Of a stretch of 64,000 bases of DNA, positions 13,346 through 25,055 are shown in pieces. The notes beneath the pieces are model-generated. The model was not told the DNA's origin. It saw nothing but the letters and a program-made list of their open reading frames with translations, and did not search any database. A program made the position numbers and the translations under genes. Origin of the DNA: Isurus oxyrinchus (Eukaryota); the NCBI GenBank assembly GCA_026770705.1, contig JANJGN010000210.1, positions 496,001 to 560,000 on the forward strand. Reading direction: 5' to 3'. Every line of letters begins with the position of its first letter. Position 1 is the first letter of the stretch.

Positions 13346-13706
13346 GATCGAGAGAAACTTCCATCGTAACCTAACGGTCAGTACTTGTTTTAAATGTAAT
13401 ATTAACTGTAATGATCAGAACCCGACAACAAGTTGCTTCTGACAAAAGTAAAACAGCAAATTTAACAGTAAAACCTAACAAACCAATTGATATAATGGCT
13501 GAGCTTTTGGCTGTGCTTACATTTACTGTTAACAGTTTCCACAATTACAGAACTGGATATAATGTTCATTTTAATATGTCTGATACTTGGAGGGGATCAC
13601 TGTTCATTGCGTTTTGTAAATTGCTGCATAAGTACTAAACTAGATCAGAAGTAAACGTCCATTTGAAGTAAGTATTCAGAGGTAGCACTGAACAGAGAGT
13701 GGGTGC

Positions 13707-13734
13707 AGTTTTTGTGCGGGTGTATTTCACTGTG
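13707..13734 (-). other. D1 5' 12-RSS
   Basis: AGTTTTTGT + 12 bp + CACTGTG. Confidence 0.95.
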
Positions 13735-13751
13735 ATACTACAGCAGTGGGT
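13735..13751 (+). other. IGHD: DH1 segment (17 bp)
   Basis: ATACTACAGCAGTGGGT between two RSSs; frames ILQQW / YYSSG / TTAVG, all open. Confidence 0.95.
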
Positions 13752-13789
13752 CACAGTGCTGTGCACAGCGACATCCTCACACAAAAACC
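13752..13789 (+). other. D1 3' 22-RSS
   Basis: CACAGTG + 22 bp + ACAAAAACC. Confidence 0.95.
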
Positions 13790-14099
13790 TCAGAAGGAGT
13801 TTGTTCAAATTGGTGATCACGATCACAACAGGAAAAGTCAAAGAAAATGGGAGCTAAATAAAATAATGGGTATAAGTAATACTGGTTTGTAAAAATATAT
13901 ATAAGTCTTCCGCTTTGTTTGTGTTTACTGACACGCTAAATCTTCAGAGAGGCTTTTAAAGAACTTCAATCACATTTACAAATATAATGACCAGCACAAG
14001 CTGAAATATCTCACTGGTTTACTCTTAGGCGAGTCAGGATCAGGTTTTTGAGAGCGCAGTGAGATTAAATCTCTGTATTTACAGTTAACAGTCTGCCGC

Positions 14100-14127
14100 A
14101 GTATTTGACATGGTGTGTCTCACTGTG
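14100..14127 (-). other. 12-RSS 5' of the fused D2-J segment
   Basis: AGTATTTGA + 12 bp + CACTGTG; nonamer matches consensus at 6/9. Confidence 0.8.
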
Positions 14128-14175
14128 ATATGCTGGACTACTGGGGGAAAGGGATCATGGTGACGGTGACTGCCG
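14128..14175 (+). CDS. IGHJ: JH segment, apparently germline-fused to D2
   Basis: AT ATG CTG GAC TAC TGG GGG AAA GGG ATC ATG GTG ACG GTG ACT GCC G|gtaag = MLDYWGKGIMVTVTA, WGxG motif, phase-1 donor. Confidence 0.92.
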
Positions 14176-15949
14176 GTAAGAACCACACATTTATTTAGTA
14201 ACTGTTTTATTTGAGTCTTTGCTTTTTTTGTCTATTTTAATAATTCATTCAGCCAATGAGACCTGGGTTTGGTGGATTCTGTATGCAGAATTTTTACAAT
14301 GTTTCATGTGATTCTGCTGAAATTGAGTTATATAATTCCGCTGTGTCTTGATAAAAAGGTGCTGCTGAGGGATTGAGACCCTGGTTGTTGTGATTTGGTG
14401 TTTATCTGCTGAGGATACTCTGTGGCCAGGCTACTTGAAATATCTAACGTTTGTAAAAACAGTTTGACGTTTCTGCAATGTTTAATCTCGGTGACATCTA
14501 ATCGCTGCGGGTTTTACCATCTGTTGCACAAAGGTGTTTTGCCATCTTTTGCACAAATAGGTTTGAAATCAAACCCAATATTAACAACATATGCTTAAGT
14601 TTCAGTATTAATTTATTGAACATGTTCCGCCTACCCACAATGCTGTTGACATTATTCCATATTTCTGTTTAGTTTAATTATTCCTTCATTTGGTGACGAG
14701 CGGGTTGTCTGGATTCCATATTGAGAGTTTCTTGCAATGATTACATTGGATTCTGTTGGAAGTGTTTGTAGAATTGAGCTGCTTCTCCATGAAACGGGTT
14801 TCAGCCCCCCAGTGATGTGATTTGGTGTTTTTCTGCTGAGGAGATTGTGTATCTAGGTGACTTTGAATAAGTAGAATTTATGAAATCATTTGGCGGTTCT
14901 GCATTGTTTCTGCTTTGTTTAAACTCGGTGATATTGAGCGGTTACACGTTTTGCGATTGAATCGAAGTAGCCTCCGCGTTTGTATCTGCTTGAAGCGCGA
15001 TTGTAGGCAGAAAACAAACAGGCTTCAGAAATGGGCAAAAAAACATTTAAAGATGTGTTAGAACATTTTGTCTTTATTTTAAGTGGTAATTGCAGAATAA
15101 ACTAAACCATGGATTATGACGCTCATTCTGAACATAATTCGTTACTGCAATCAGAAACTATACAATTCCCAAGTTTTCAAATTGTAGAGTAAAATTAATG
15201 CAATTCAAACAATTATAATGCAGTAATATTTCTCCATATTGACGGAACATTTTTCATATTAATCTAATTGATCATTAATCGCCTTTCACAATTCTGCTGT
15301 CTCTGCGCACAATTAACACGATTGGGAAAGTTTTTAGGATGGAAACATTTTGTGATTATGCATGAAAAAATCTCAGTAAGAATATACTGACTCTACAGAA
15401 TTGTTCAGTTTCAAAAGAGATTTTGAATTACTTTTTTTATGTCCATGATAACATTTGCATTGACTTAAAGAGGAGTTTGATATTGCAGTTTGGCAATATG
15501 GCTATTCGGTTATTACATTCTTTCTGTGAAGCCGTAACCACATTATTCCTTCAATGTCATTGGGAGTTGGCTAGCGAGAGAATTGTCACTTATCTAATTT
15601 TAAACAGTTTAGTGGGGGGGGGGGGGGGGGGGGGGTTTAATTCGCTGGCAGTAAAATAATTGTTCTTACATTTTTTGAACTGCAGGAAGGTGCAGACCGC
15701 ATATAAATAGAGACTGAGAAGTAAAAGCTTGAAACTCGAACAGATTAATTTAATGGCAAATATTAGTATTTGTTTTGAACTTAATAACAACATTCTGTCT
15801 CCCATAGCTGTGCTGTACACAGGATAGAATTATAGGAGAAGAACAGATTATATCTGAGATTCATGCATAATTCTTATTAAATATTAAATTGAAGAACAAT
15901 ATTTGCGCCCTCCATTCAGTCAAATCATGGCTGATCTACCTCGACACAC

Positions 15950-16810
15950 TCAGTGTCTTTACCACACACCCTCACTCGCTCACTCTCACTGTCACACACA
16001 CTTTCTCTCACATACATGCACACACACTCTCTCACGCAATCTCTCTGACAGACATACACTCTCTCTTTCTCTCTCTGTCACACACACACACTCACTTTCT
16101 CTCTCACACACACAAACTCCCTTTAACACGCACACACTGTCTCTCACACATTGTCTCTCTTTTTCACACACACTCTCACACAGACACATTCTCTCATACA
16201 CATACTCTCTCAACTGCGCACACACATACACACTCTCACCCTCACACATGCATGCACTCTTTCTTTCTCACACATGCACTCTCACACATGCCATTCTCTC
16301 TCTCACACACACACGCACACCCACTCTCTCTCACACATACATGCACCCTTTCTCCCACACATATACACTCTCTCAATTCTCCCCCTCTCTCACACACAGA
16401 CACATAACACTGTCTCACACACACACATCTTCATTCTCTCTCTCACGCACACAGAAACACAAACATATTCCCTTTCTCACACAGAGACACTTCTTCTCAC
16501 ACACGGACTCTCTCTCATTCTCTCTTTCTCTCTCTCTGACCCACACACTGGCCCTCTCCTTCACACACTCTCTCCCACACACACACACACACAATCGCTC
16601 TCTCTCTCTTCCATATGCTCTCTCTCTCACACACACATTTCTTTATCTCACTCTCATACTTATACTCCCTATGACACTCTCCCTCTCTCACATACACTCA
16701 CAAGCACCCACACACACACTCTCTCCCACCCACACTCTTAGTCTTTTTGTCTCTCTGTCTCTCTCTCTCTCTTTCTCACGCAGACACACACACCCATTCT
16801 CAAACACAGA
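15950..16810. repeat. CA/CT low-complexity tract in the J-C intron
   Basis: Degenerate (CA)n/(CT)n. Confidence 0.9.
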
Positions 16811-17216
16811 AATGGGCTAAAAATGTTAATTTCAGAAAGAAAACCCGCTAAGCTGCAGGCATGTTTATTGTTCCATTTCTGATGTCTTTTTGTGTAAAAT
16901 GAAATTACACAAGTGACATCACTATATATGTGGAGAATTTCCAAGTGTTGAGCCAAACACAAAGAAACAAGAAAAAGGGAAGGATGTGATGGAGACCACG
17001 GCCGCCTGGATCCCCAATACTGGTGCACACTTGGTGCAAGATGCCTGCACGGCCCATCCTGGTTTTGCTGTAACATTCCCCTCCAGCCCCCTCAGTCTGC
17101 CTATTCACGCAATGACACGGGTTTCTCAAAGAAAGGCATCAGCATTAAAGCAGCTGGCCAGCGATCTACACTGCTGCCTGACTTTACACAGCCAGTGTTA
17201 CTGAAAGCTGATCAAT

Positions 17217-17400
17217 ATGGAGAATTGGGACAAGTTCGACTGAGAGGAAGAGGAGGGGATGGAGGTGGAGGTGGAGGTGGAGACGAATGGAGGAGCCCCC
17301 AGCTCGGCTGTGGACAACAGGCAACGGAAAGCTGAGCCGGCGCAGAAAATCATCTGGAAAAACATCACCATGATGAGCCTGCAGCACCTGGGCACCCTCA
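17217..17400 (+). pseudogene. SCD: Stearoyl-CoA desaturase (SCD5-like) first-coding-exon fragment
   Basis: MENWDKFD*EEEEGMEVEVEVETNGGAPSSAVDNRQRKAEPAQKIIWKNITMMSLQHLGTL resembles the SCD motif QNIVWRNVVLMSLLHLGA; in-frame TGA at 17241; runs into a CACT repeat. Confidence 0.55.
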
Positions 17401-17409
17401 CTACCCACA

Positions 17410-17990
17410 ATCAATCACCTTCACTCACCATCACTCACTCACCCTCACTCACACTCACTCAATCACCCTCACTCAGCCACCCTCACTCACCCTCACTCAC
17501 ACTCACTCAATCATCCTCACTCACCCACCCTCACTCACTCACCATCACTCAATCTCACTCCCTCACCTATTCTCACTCAGCCTCACCAATTCACCCAGCT
17601 TCACCCACCCTCATCCACTCACCATTAATTACTTTAACCTTCACTCACTCACCCTCACTCACTCACCCTCACTCACTCACCCTCCCATCCTCACTCACGT
17701 ACCTTCAGTGACACTCAATAACTCATCCACCCGCACTCACACACCCACTCACCCTCACTCACATACTCACCCTCACATACCCACCAACCCTCACTCAGCC
17801 ACTCGACTACCCTCATTCAATCACCCACGCTCACTCACCCACATTCAGACACCCACCCACGCCCACTCAGCACCCACCCTCACTCACACCTTCACTCACC
17901 ACCCACCCTCACTCACTCAGCCACCCTACCTTGCTCTGTCACTCAGCCACCTTCACTTTGTTAAACATGCACACGCTCACTCACTCGATC
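17410..17990. repeat. (CACT/CACC)n low-complexity tract
   Basis: Repeated cactcaccctcactca. Confidence 0.9.
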
Positions 17991-18099
17991 ACTTTCCATA
18001 AATCGGTGTATAGGAGGGCGGGAACTGCGGGGAACAGAGACCTGGAAGCGAGGCCTGAGGCCTAGCAGTGCCAGAAAGTGAAACATGGCTGAAGGGAGC

Positions 18100-19570
18100 G
18101 ACGAGCTTCATTGGAAAGTGCAGGGAGGCGGGGGGGAAAGCTCGAAGAGCCTGGGGGAAAGGGCAGGGAGGCGGGGGAAATGGCAGAGAGCCGGGGGGGG
18201 TGGGGTGGTGTTGGGGGGAAAGGGTAAGGAGCCGGGGAAAAGGGCAGGGATCCAGTGGAAAGTGCTTTGGGATGGGGCAAAGGTCAGCAAGCAGGGGGAA
18301 AGCTCAGTGAGCCAGTGGAAGGCCAGAGAGGCAGAGGAGGAGGAAGGGCAGAGAGACGATGGAAAGAGCAGAGAGGTGGGGGGGGGGAAAGGGCAGAGAG
18401 GCGTGGGAAGGGCATAGAGGTGGGACGGGGAAAGGGCAGAGAGGCGGAAGGAGGAAAGGGCAGAGAGGCAGGAGGGGGAAAGGGCAGAGAGGTGGGAGGG
18501 GGAAAGGGCGGAGAGGCAGGAGGGCAAAGAGGTGGAGGGTTGACAGGGGGGAGAAGCGGGGAGTGGGATAGGCAGAGAGGTGAGGGGAAACGGCAGTGAG
18601 GTGGCAGAAGGAAAGGGCAGGAATGTGGGTGGGGGAAATAGCAGAGAGGCGGCGGGGGAAAGGGCAGAGAGGAGGGTGGGCAGAGAGGCAGGCGGAAAAG
18701 GGCGGATAGCAGGGGAGGAAGGGCAGAGAGGAGTGAGAGCAAAGATGCAGAGGGGGGAAGGACAGAGAGGTGACGGAAAGGGTAGATAGTCGACGGAAAA
18801 GGCAGCGAGCTTGGGTAAGGGCAGAGAGGCGAGGTTGTAAGGGCAGAGAGGCGGGGTGTAAGGGCAGAGAGGTGGGAGAGGGAAAGGGCACAGAGGTGGG
18901 AGTGGGAAAGGGCAGAGAGGCGGGTGGGAAAGGGCAGAGGGGTGGATGAGGGAAAGGATAGAGAGGCAGAGGAAGGAAGGGCAGAGAGGTGATTGAAACG
19001 GCAGCGAGCCAGGGGAACGGGAAAAGAGCAGTGGAAAAGGTCAGAGCTGGGTGAAAGCACAGAGCGCGGTGAAATGTGTGCAGAGACCTGGGGGAGAAAG
19101 GGCAGAGAAGTGATGGGGAAAGGGCAGAGAGGCGGCAGATGTAAAGGGCTGAGAGGTGGGAGTGGGAATGGGCCGAGAGGCAGGAGGGGGAAAGGGCACA
19201 GATGCAGGAGGGGAAAAGGGCAGAGAGATGTGTGGGAAAGGGCAGAGAGGAGGGGGAAAGGGGACAGAGACGGGAGAGGGAAAGGGGCAGAAAGACGGGG
19301 GTGAAGGGCAGAGCGGTGGGTGGGGAAGGGCAGAGCGGCACGGGGGACTGGGCAGAGAAGCAGGGGGTGGGACATGCAGAGAGCTGGGGGAAAAGTGAGC
19401 GAGCCAGTGGAAAAGGTCAGAGATCCGGGCGAAAGTGAATAGAACCGTGGAGTAAGTGCAGAGAGCTGGGGTACAAAGGGCAGAGTTGGGGGGGGGGAGG
19501 CGGGTGGGCAGGGCAGGGAGGTGGGGGTGGGGGAAGGACTGAGAGCCGGGCAAAAGCTGGGAGAGCTGGG
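18100..19570 (+). repeat. G/purine-rich degenerate tandem repeat
   Basis: Dozens of ggaaagggcagagagg units. Confidence 0.9.
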
Positions 19571-20029
19571 CGAAAGCAGTTGCGAGCGGGAGCCCCAGAC
19601 GCCCTGGGCCCCACACTCTCTAACTCTTTCTTTCTCTATCCCTCGTTGTCTCTCCTCCTCCTGAAATCTATTCCATCCCTGGAGAAAGGCACTCAGTGCC
19701 TGGGATGGATGGGAGACAATGTCTCTGTGCGCTTCCCCCGGGCTCCCTGCGCCTTTCTCCAGCGGGTGTTCGCTGCCCCTCCAATCACAACCTGTTTGTC
19801 TCCCACTTTTACTGCTGATAGGCCCGCTAGTCAGCCTATCAGCAGCTAATGGGTAGGAGACTGGGGGAAGGGGTGTAAGGGCAGAGAGGCGGGAGAGGGA
19901 GGAGCAGCTCCTTACAGATATCTTCAATTCCACTTACCCACCTGACCAGCATTTAGAACAAAGGCTCTGGGGGCCATATAGAGGGGCTTCGGGGGCCACA
20001 ATCCAGCCATGGGACATGGATTGGACAAG

Positions 20030-21620
20030 CCGGTAATAAAGGAAAATAAGGAAATGGGCTGAGAAGTTGGACAAATATTTTGGCCTTAACGAGGTGGTTA
20101 CTAAAATAGCAGAGACATTGTTTTTAATTTTCCAAATTTCCCCAGATTCTGGAAAGGTCTTATCAGATTGGAAAATAGGGAATGAGTCTTTTATATTAAA
20201 TAAAGGAGGGAAAGGGAAAGTAAGAACCTGCAGGCCAGTTAGCTTAACATCTGTCAGAGCGAAAATGCTGGAATCTATTAAGGAGTTTACCACGGGTCAC
20301 TTAGAAAATTCAAATGCAATTAGGCATTTGACCCACAAACCCATCTTGGTTTTGTGAAAGGGAAATCATGTTTGGCTGAGATATTTGAGGCCTACAGAGG
20401 ACGTAACAAGGAACATGAATAAAGGAGAACCTGTGGATGTGCTGGACTTGAGCTTCCAGAAGGCATTTGACAAAATGGCACATCAAAGGTTAATGCACAA
20501 AATAATGGTGTCGGCAGTTACATTTCAGCATGGGTAGAAGTTTGGTTAGCTAACAGGAAAAAGAGAATAGGGATAAATTGATTATTTTATGTTGGCAAGA
20601 TGTGACAAGTGAAGTGCCAATGGATCAATGCTGCTGCTTCACCTATTTACAATTTATATCAATGATTTGAATGAAAGGACTGAATGAATTTGCTAAATTT
20701 GCTGATGACACAAAGATAGATAGGAAAGTAAATGGTGAAGAGGGCATAAGGGCAGCAAAGGGATATCGATAGGTTAAGTGAGTGGGCAAAAAAATGTCAG
20801 TTGGAGTATAATCTGAGAAAATATAAACGTGTCCACTTTGGCAGGAAGAATACAAAAGCAGCATATTACTGAAAGGGAGAGAGATTGCAGAACCCTGAGG
20901 TACAGAGGAATGTGGATCCCTTGGTGCATGAATCACAAAAAGTTGGAATTCAGGAATAGCAAGTGATGAAGAAGGCATGTTGGCATTTAGTATAAGGGGA
21001 ATAGATTATAAATGGAAAGATATCTTACTACAGTTTAATGGGTTGGCGATGAGACCTCGCCTGAATTACTGTGTACAGATTTGGTCTCATTTAAGAAAGG
21101 ATATAAAAGCATTAGAAGCTGTTCAGAGAATGTTCATTCAAATGATACTGGGAGGTGTCGTCGGTTATCTTATGAGGAAAGTATGGATAGGCTGGGCCTG
21201 TATCCATTGGAGTTTAGAAGAATGAGAGCTGATTTTATTGAAACACATCAGATCTTGAGGGAAATTGACAGGGTGGAAGCTGAAAGGATGTTTCCCCTTG
21301 TGAGACAGACTAATGATAGGGAACACGGTTTAAAAATAAGAGGTCTCCCATTTCAGACGGAAATGAGGGGATTTTATTTTTCTCTCAAAGGGTCGTGAAA
21401 CTTTGGAACTCTCTTCCCCAGAGAGCGATGGAGGAGGAGTCATTAAAATTTCAAGGCAGAGGTAGAGAGATTCTTCATTGACAAGGGAGTCAAAGGTTAG
21501 CTGAGAGGAGGCAGGAATGTGGAGTTAACGCCACAATCAGATCAGCTATGACCGGAGTGAATGGTGGAGGAGGCCCCAGAGGCCAAATGGCCTACTCCTG
21601 CTACTGATCCGCATGTTCAC
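20030..21620 (+). mobile_element. CR1 LINE, degenerate RT to 3' end, inside the J-C intron
   Basis: CRPVSLTSV, KFADDTK and YCVQIWS fragments with frameshifts, CR1 tail. Confidence 0.9.
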
Positions 21621-22179
21621 ATGTACATACGATTGGAAACTGTCGTACTTACTGTAACTGGTATTCAGTTTAGAGTTCTATGGTCATTATATAGTTACCA
21701 TTACAAAGGTACTTTCGAAGGGTTATTGCTGTTCTTTGTTTTGGGGGGACGTGGAGAGGGGAGGGGGCATCAGTCAATTTGAACAGAGCCAAATTCCAAA
21801 CTGCAATGATATAAATGACGAGACAATTTCTCTATCACCAAGTGCTATTGATTGAGAAATAAACGGTGACTGAAATAATGGGTAAAATCCTCTGCTCTTC
21901 CATTTTAATCCAATGAAAGGTCGGTCATTCAGATGACATCAAAATGTTCTCTTTTAGTAATGGGATAGAGGCGGAAAAAGAGGTGTGGGTTTCTAAAGAG
22001 GGAATCGACAGGTGAGGACCATCAAATGATGGAAATAATAAATGATCAAATGTGGACGTGGGTTTCAATTGGAATATATTAGGATATGTTTATAGTTATA
22101 GTCAAATTTTGAGTTGTTTGGTTACTTAATGATCACAAATCACAGAGTCTAACTTGTTCAATCGGCCATTCTTTCCCAG

Positions 22180-22478
22180 TGACACCGTCTTCGCCCACTC
22201 TCTACAGCCTGGTCTCCTCCTGTCAGCAACACAACACCGACGGCTCCGTCACCTACGGCTGTTTGGCGATGGACTACTCCCCAGAAATCACCAGCCTGAC
22301 CTGGAAGAAAGATGGGCAGCAGATCACCACTGGATTTAAGACTTACCCGTCAGTGAGAAACCAGAAGGGAACCTACACTCTGAGCAGCCAGTTAACCATC
22401 ACCGAGTCAGAGGGGGAATGCAGCATAATCAAGTGTGAGGTTCAACACAGCGTCTCAGACAAGACGTTGAAATGCAAT
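22180..22478 (+). CDS. IGHM: IgM CH1 exon (3' end out of phase, probable 1-nt deletion)
   Basis: Acceptor ttcccag; (V)[43 protein letters not shown]...KCEV C1-set domain; donor gtaagt at 22479 falls on a codon boundary. Confidence 0.93.
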
Positions 22479-22677
22479 GTAAGTGTTGGGGAACCTGTGA
22501 GAAACAGAAAGGCTGTGATTGACCTGTAGAGGGCCTTGGTTATAACGCATTAATAGTACTCTGCATAGTTCTGATCCCTGGAAATTCCAGGTTAGTGTCC
22601 ATGGTTAAAATATAAGAACTCATTGTATCTGTTATCAATTTCTTCTGCAAGAAATGGCTAACCTGTGTTTTTTGAAG

Positions 22678-22986
22678 GTACTGACTTACCTCCAACTGTT
22701 CTCCTCACCGTGAGTTCCCGGGAAGAAATCACAACCAACAAATTTGCAACCGCCGTCTGTTCAATCATCGATCTCCGTTCAAAGTCAATCACCGTGAAGT
22801 GGCTGAAGAATGGACAACCCATGAATTCAGGAATTGTCACCTCTCCTGTCTTTGAAGTGAACGGGAACTTCTCGGCGACCAGTTGGCTGAAAGTCTCCGC
22901 TGGGGAATGGTTCAGCGACGCAGTGTATACCTGTCAGGTCACTCACCAAGTGCTCACCCAAAGTCGAAACGCCACCAAGTGTGAGG
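22678..22986 (+). CDS. IGHM: IgM CH2 exon
   Basis: [30 protein letters not shown]...WLKNG...YTCQVTH...KCE; phase 1/1, donor gtaag at 22987. Confidence 0.95.
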
Positions 22987-23610
22987 GTAAGAAATACAAA
23001 CCGAGGAAGCAACAGATCATTCTGCTCTGTGATGTTAATCAAATCAGGAATTTATTGGAGTTAGTAAAAAGCACGGAAAAATTTCTAATTTACTTTCATG
23101 TAGTTATTGTTTAATTCCGATGTAAGTGCTGTATTCGGATTGTTCACCATTCAGGATTTTATCACATCACGTCTCTACATTGACGTCACAGAGTGATTGA
23201 GGTGAACTTGATATCAGCTTTACCCTGAGTCAGCCGATCATATTTCGAAAGGCAGAAGATGTCTGGAACCCTTCACTGGTAACAGCTTCGGGATAGAGTG
23301 TTGGAAAGTGCATCCACCCTATTTATAAAATGGCTTTCAATCCTGCATTCCAGGGCCCAGGAATTATACATTTGTATTGGGACTGGGGCACAGCAGATTC
23401 GTGAGAATGTTACTGGGGCTGAAGGACTTAAATTATGAGAACGATTTACACAGACCAAGCTGCTTTTCCATTGTGTAAAAAAAATTAAAGATGATAGTTA
23501 GGTGTTGATATGTCCAAGGTGATTTATTCTCCTCCAGGGAGTGAAGGCTGAATACTGCTGTCCTGCTCCTGAAGGTGAAACTTTGGTTGATCTTCATTTC
23601 TGTCTCACAG

Positions 23611-23922
23611 ATGATCACCACTGCCCCAACGATCCCACAATTACTCTACTGCCACCTCCAATAGAACAGGTCTTACTAGAGGCGACCGTGTCCTTAACCT
23701 GCATCGTTTCTAATGCTCCTTTTGGAGTCCTCGTGTCCTGGACACAAGAGAAGAAGCCTTTGAAATCAGAGATCGCCGTCCAACCGGAAGAGGATCCCGA
23801 CAGCGTGGTCCGCAACATAAACATCTCGACACAAGCCTGGCTGAGTGGGGTTGAGTTCAACTGTGTGGTGAGCCATCAGGATCTGCCGACTCCTTTAAGA
23901 AATTCCATCCACAAGGAACAAG
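23611..23922 (+). CDS. IGHM: IgM CH3 exon
   Basis: [36 protein letters not shown]...[14 protein letters not shown]; phase 1/1, donor gtgag at 23923. Confidence 0.95.
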
Positions 23923-24636
23923 GTGAGCGGTGAAATTGAAGCAATAAGTTATTCAATGTGTCTATTTCCAGTGTAAGTGTAAGGAGCAATATTTACTATT
24001 CAGTGTATTCATGGTCTACTCTGATTAGCAATTTCGCCAACTAAACGCCCTGGGCCTGTAGACTTTCAGGGGGAAATTGATAAGTAGATGAATGAACAAT
24101 GAATTGAAGGCTGTGCCATTAAGTTTAGATGAAGCAAGATGGGAGGAGTCTGGTGCGAAGCTGAAACACCAACATAGACCAGTTGGGCAGAATGGCCTGA
24201 TTCTGTGCTGTAAACTTTGAGAAACTTTCTCATCCAACCCCATAAATTCTCAGGGAAAAGGATTGTGCCACCTCTGCTCCGAGCTGGAAAGCCGGACAGA
24301 TCCCAAACTACTTTATTTATTAATTCATGGGATGTGGGCGTCGCTGGCTGGGCCAGAGTTATTGCCCATCCCTAACTGCCCTTGACAAGGTGGTGGTGAG
24401 CTGCTTTCTTGAATCGCTGCAGTCAATGTGGTGTAGATACACTCACAGTGCTGTTAAGGCGGGAGTTCCAGGATTTTGTCTCAGCTATAGTGAAGGATCG
24501 GTGATATATTTCCAAGAAGTGGATAATGAAACCCCTTAATATTCATCACAAAACACGTTTCTCTCACATCTAACCAGCGTTTTCATTGTCTACGAAAGTA
24601 TCCAGTTTATTGACATTTATTGTACATTTTCTGCAG

Positions 24637-25028
24637 TTAAAGAACCGCGGGAACCGTCCGTGTCTGTCCTCCTGCCCTCGGCAGAACATGTCTCCGCTCA
24701 GAGGTTCGTCTCCCTCAGCTGCTTAGTGACAGGTTTCTCCCCGCGAGAGATTTTCATCAAGTGGACCGTCAATGACAAGCCGGTGGCTCCCGGAAACTAC
24801 AAGAACACCGAGGTGGTGGCGGAGAACGGCAATCGCTCCTTCTTCACGTACAGCCTGTTATCCATTGCAGCGGAGGAGTGGGCCAGCGGCGCTTCTTACT
24901 CCTGTGTGGTGGGACATGAAGCGATCCCCTTGAAGATCATCAACAGAACGGTTGATAAATCCAGCGGTAAACCGAGCTTTGTAAATATTTCCCTTGCACT
25001 GATGGACACCGTTAATTCATGTCAATGA
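24637..25028 (+). CDS. IGHM: IgM CH4 exon plus secretory tailpiece
   Basis: [26 protein letters not shown]...YSCVVGHE...[22 protein letters not shown], with N-glycan sequon NIS and penultimate Cys; internal donor G|gtaaac at 24967 for the membrane form. Confidence 0.96.
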
Positions 25029-25055
25029 GAATCTCTCGGTTACATTTCTAACTTC

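Noticed and set aside
13307-13369. C-terminal extension of the VH ORF (HSERDQGW...)
   Set aside because: Read-through into the RSS.
14043-14080. GGTTTTTGA as nonamer of an extra D or of a 23-RSS for J
   Set aside because: No heptamer at 12 or 22/23 bp; the CACTGTG at 14121 is about 70 bp away.
14128-14136. TGC in the D2-like sequence as disulfide partner for the CDR1 Cys
   Set aside because: It is in a different frame from the fused J, which reads ATG CTG GAC.
15889-19933. Long ORFs, including 305 aa, 345 aa and 549 aa
   Set aside because: Translations of CA/CT, CACT and G-rich low-complexity DNA.
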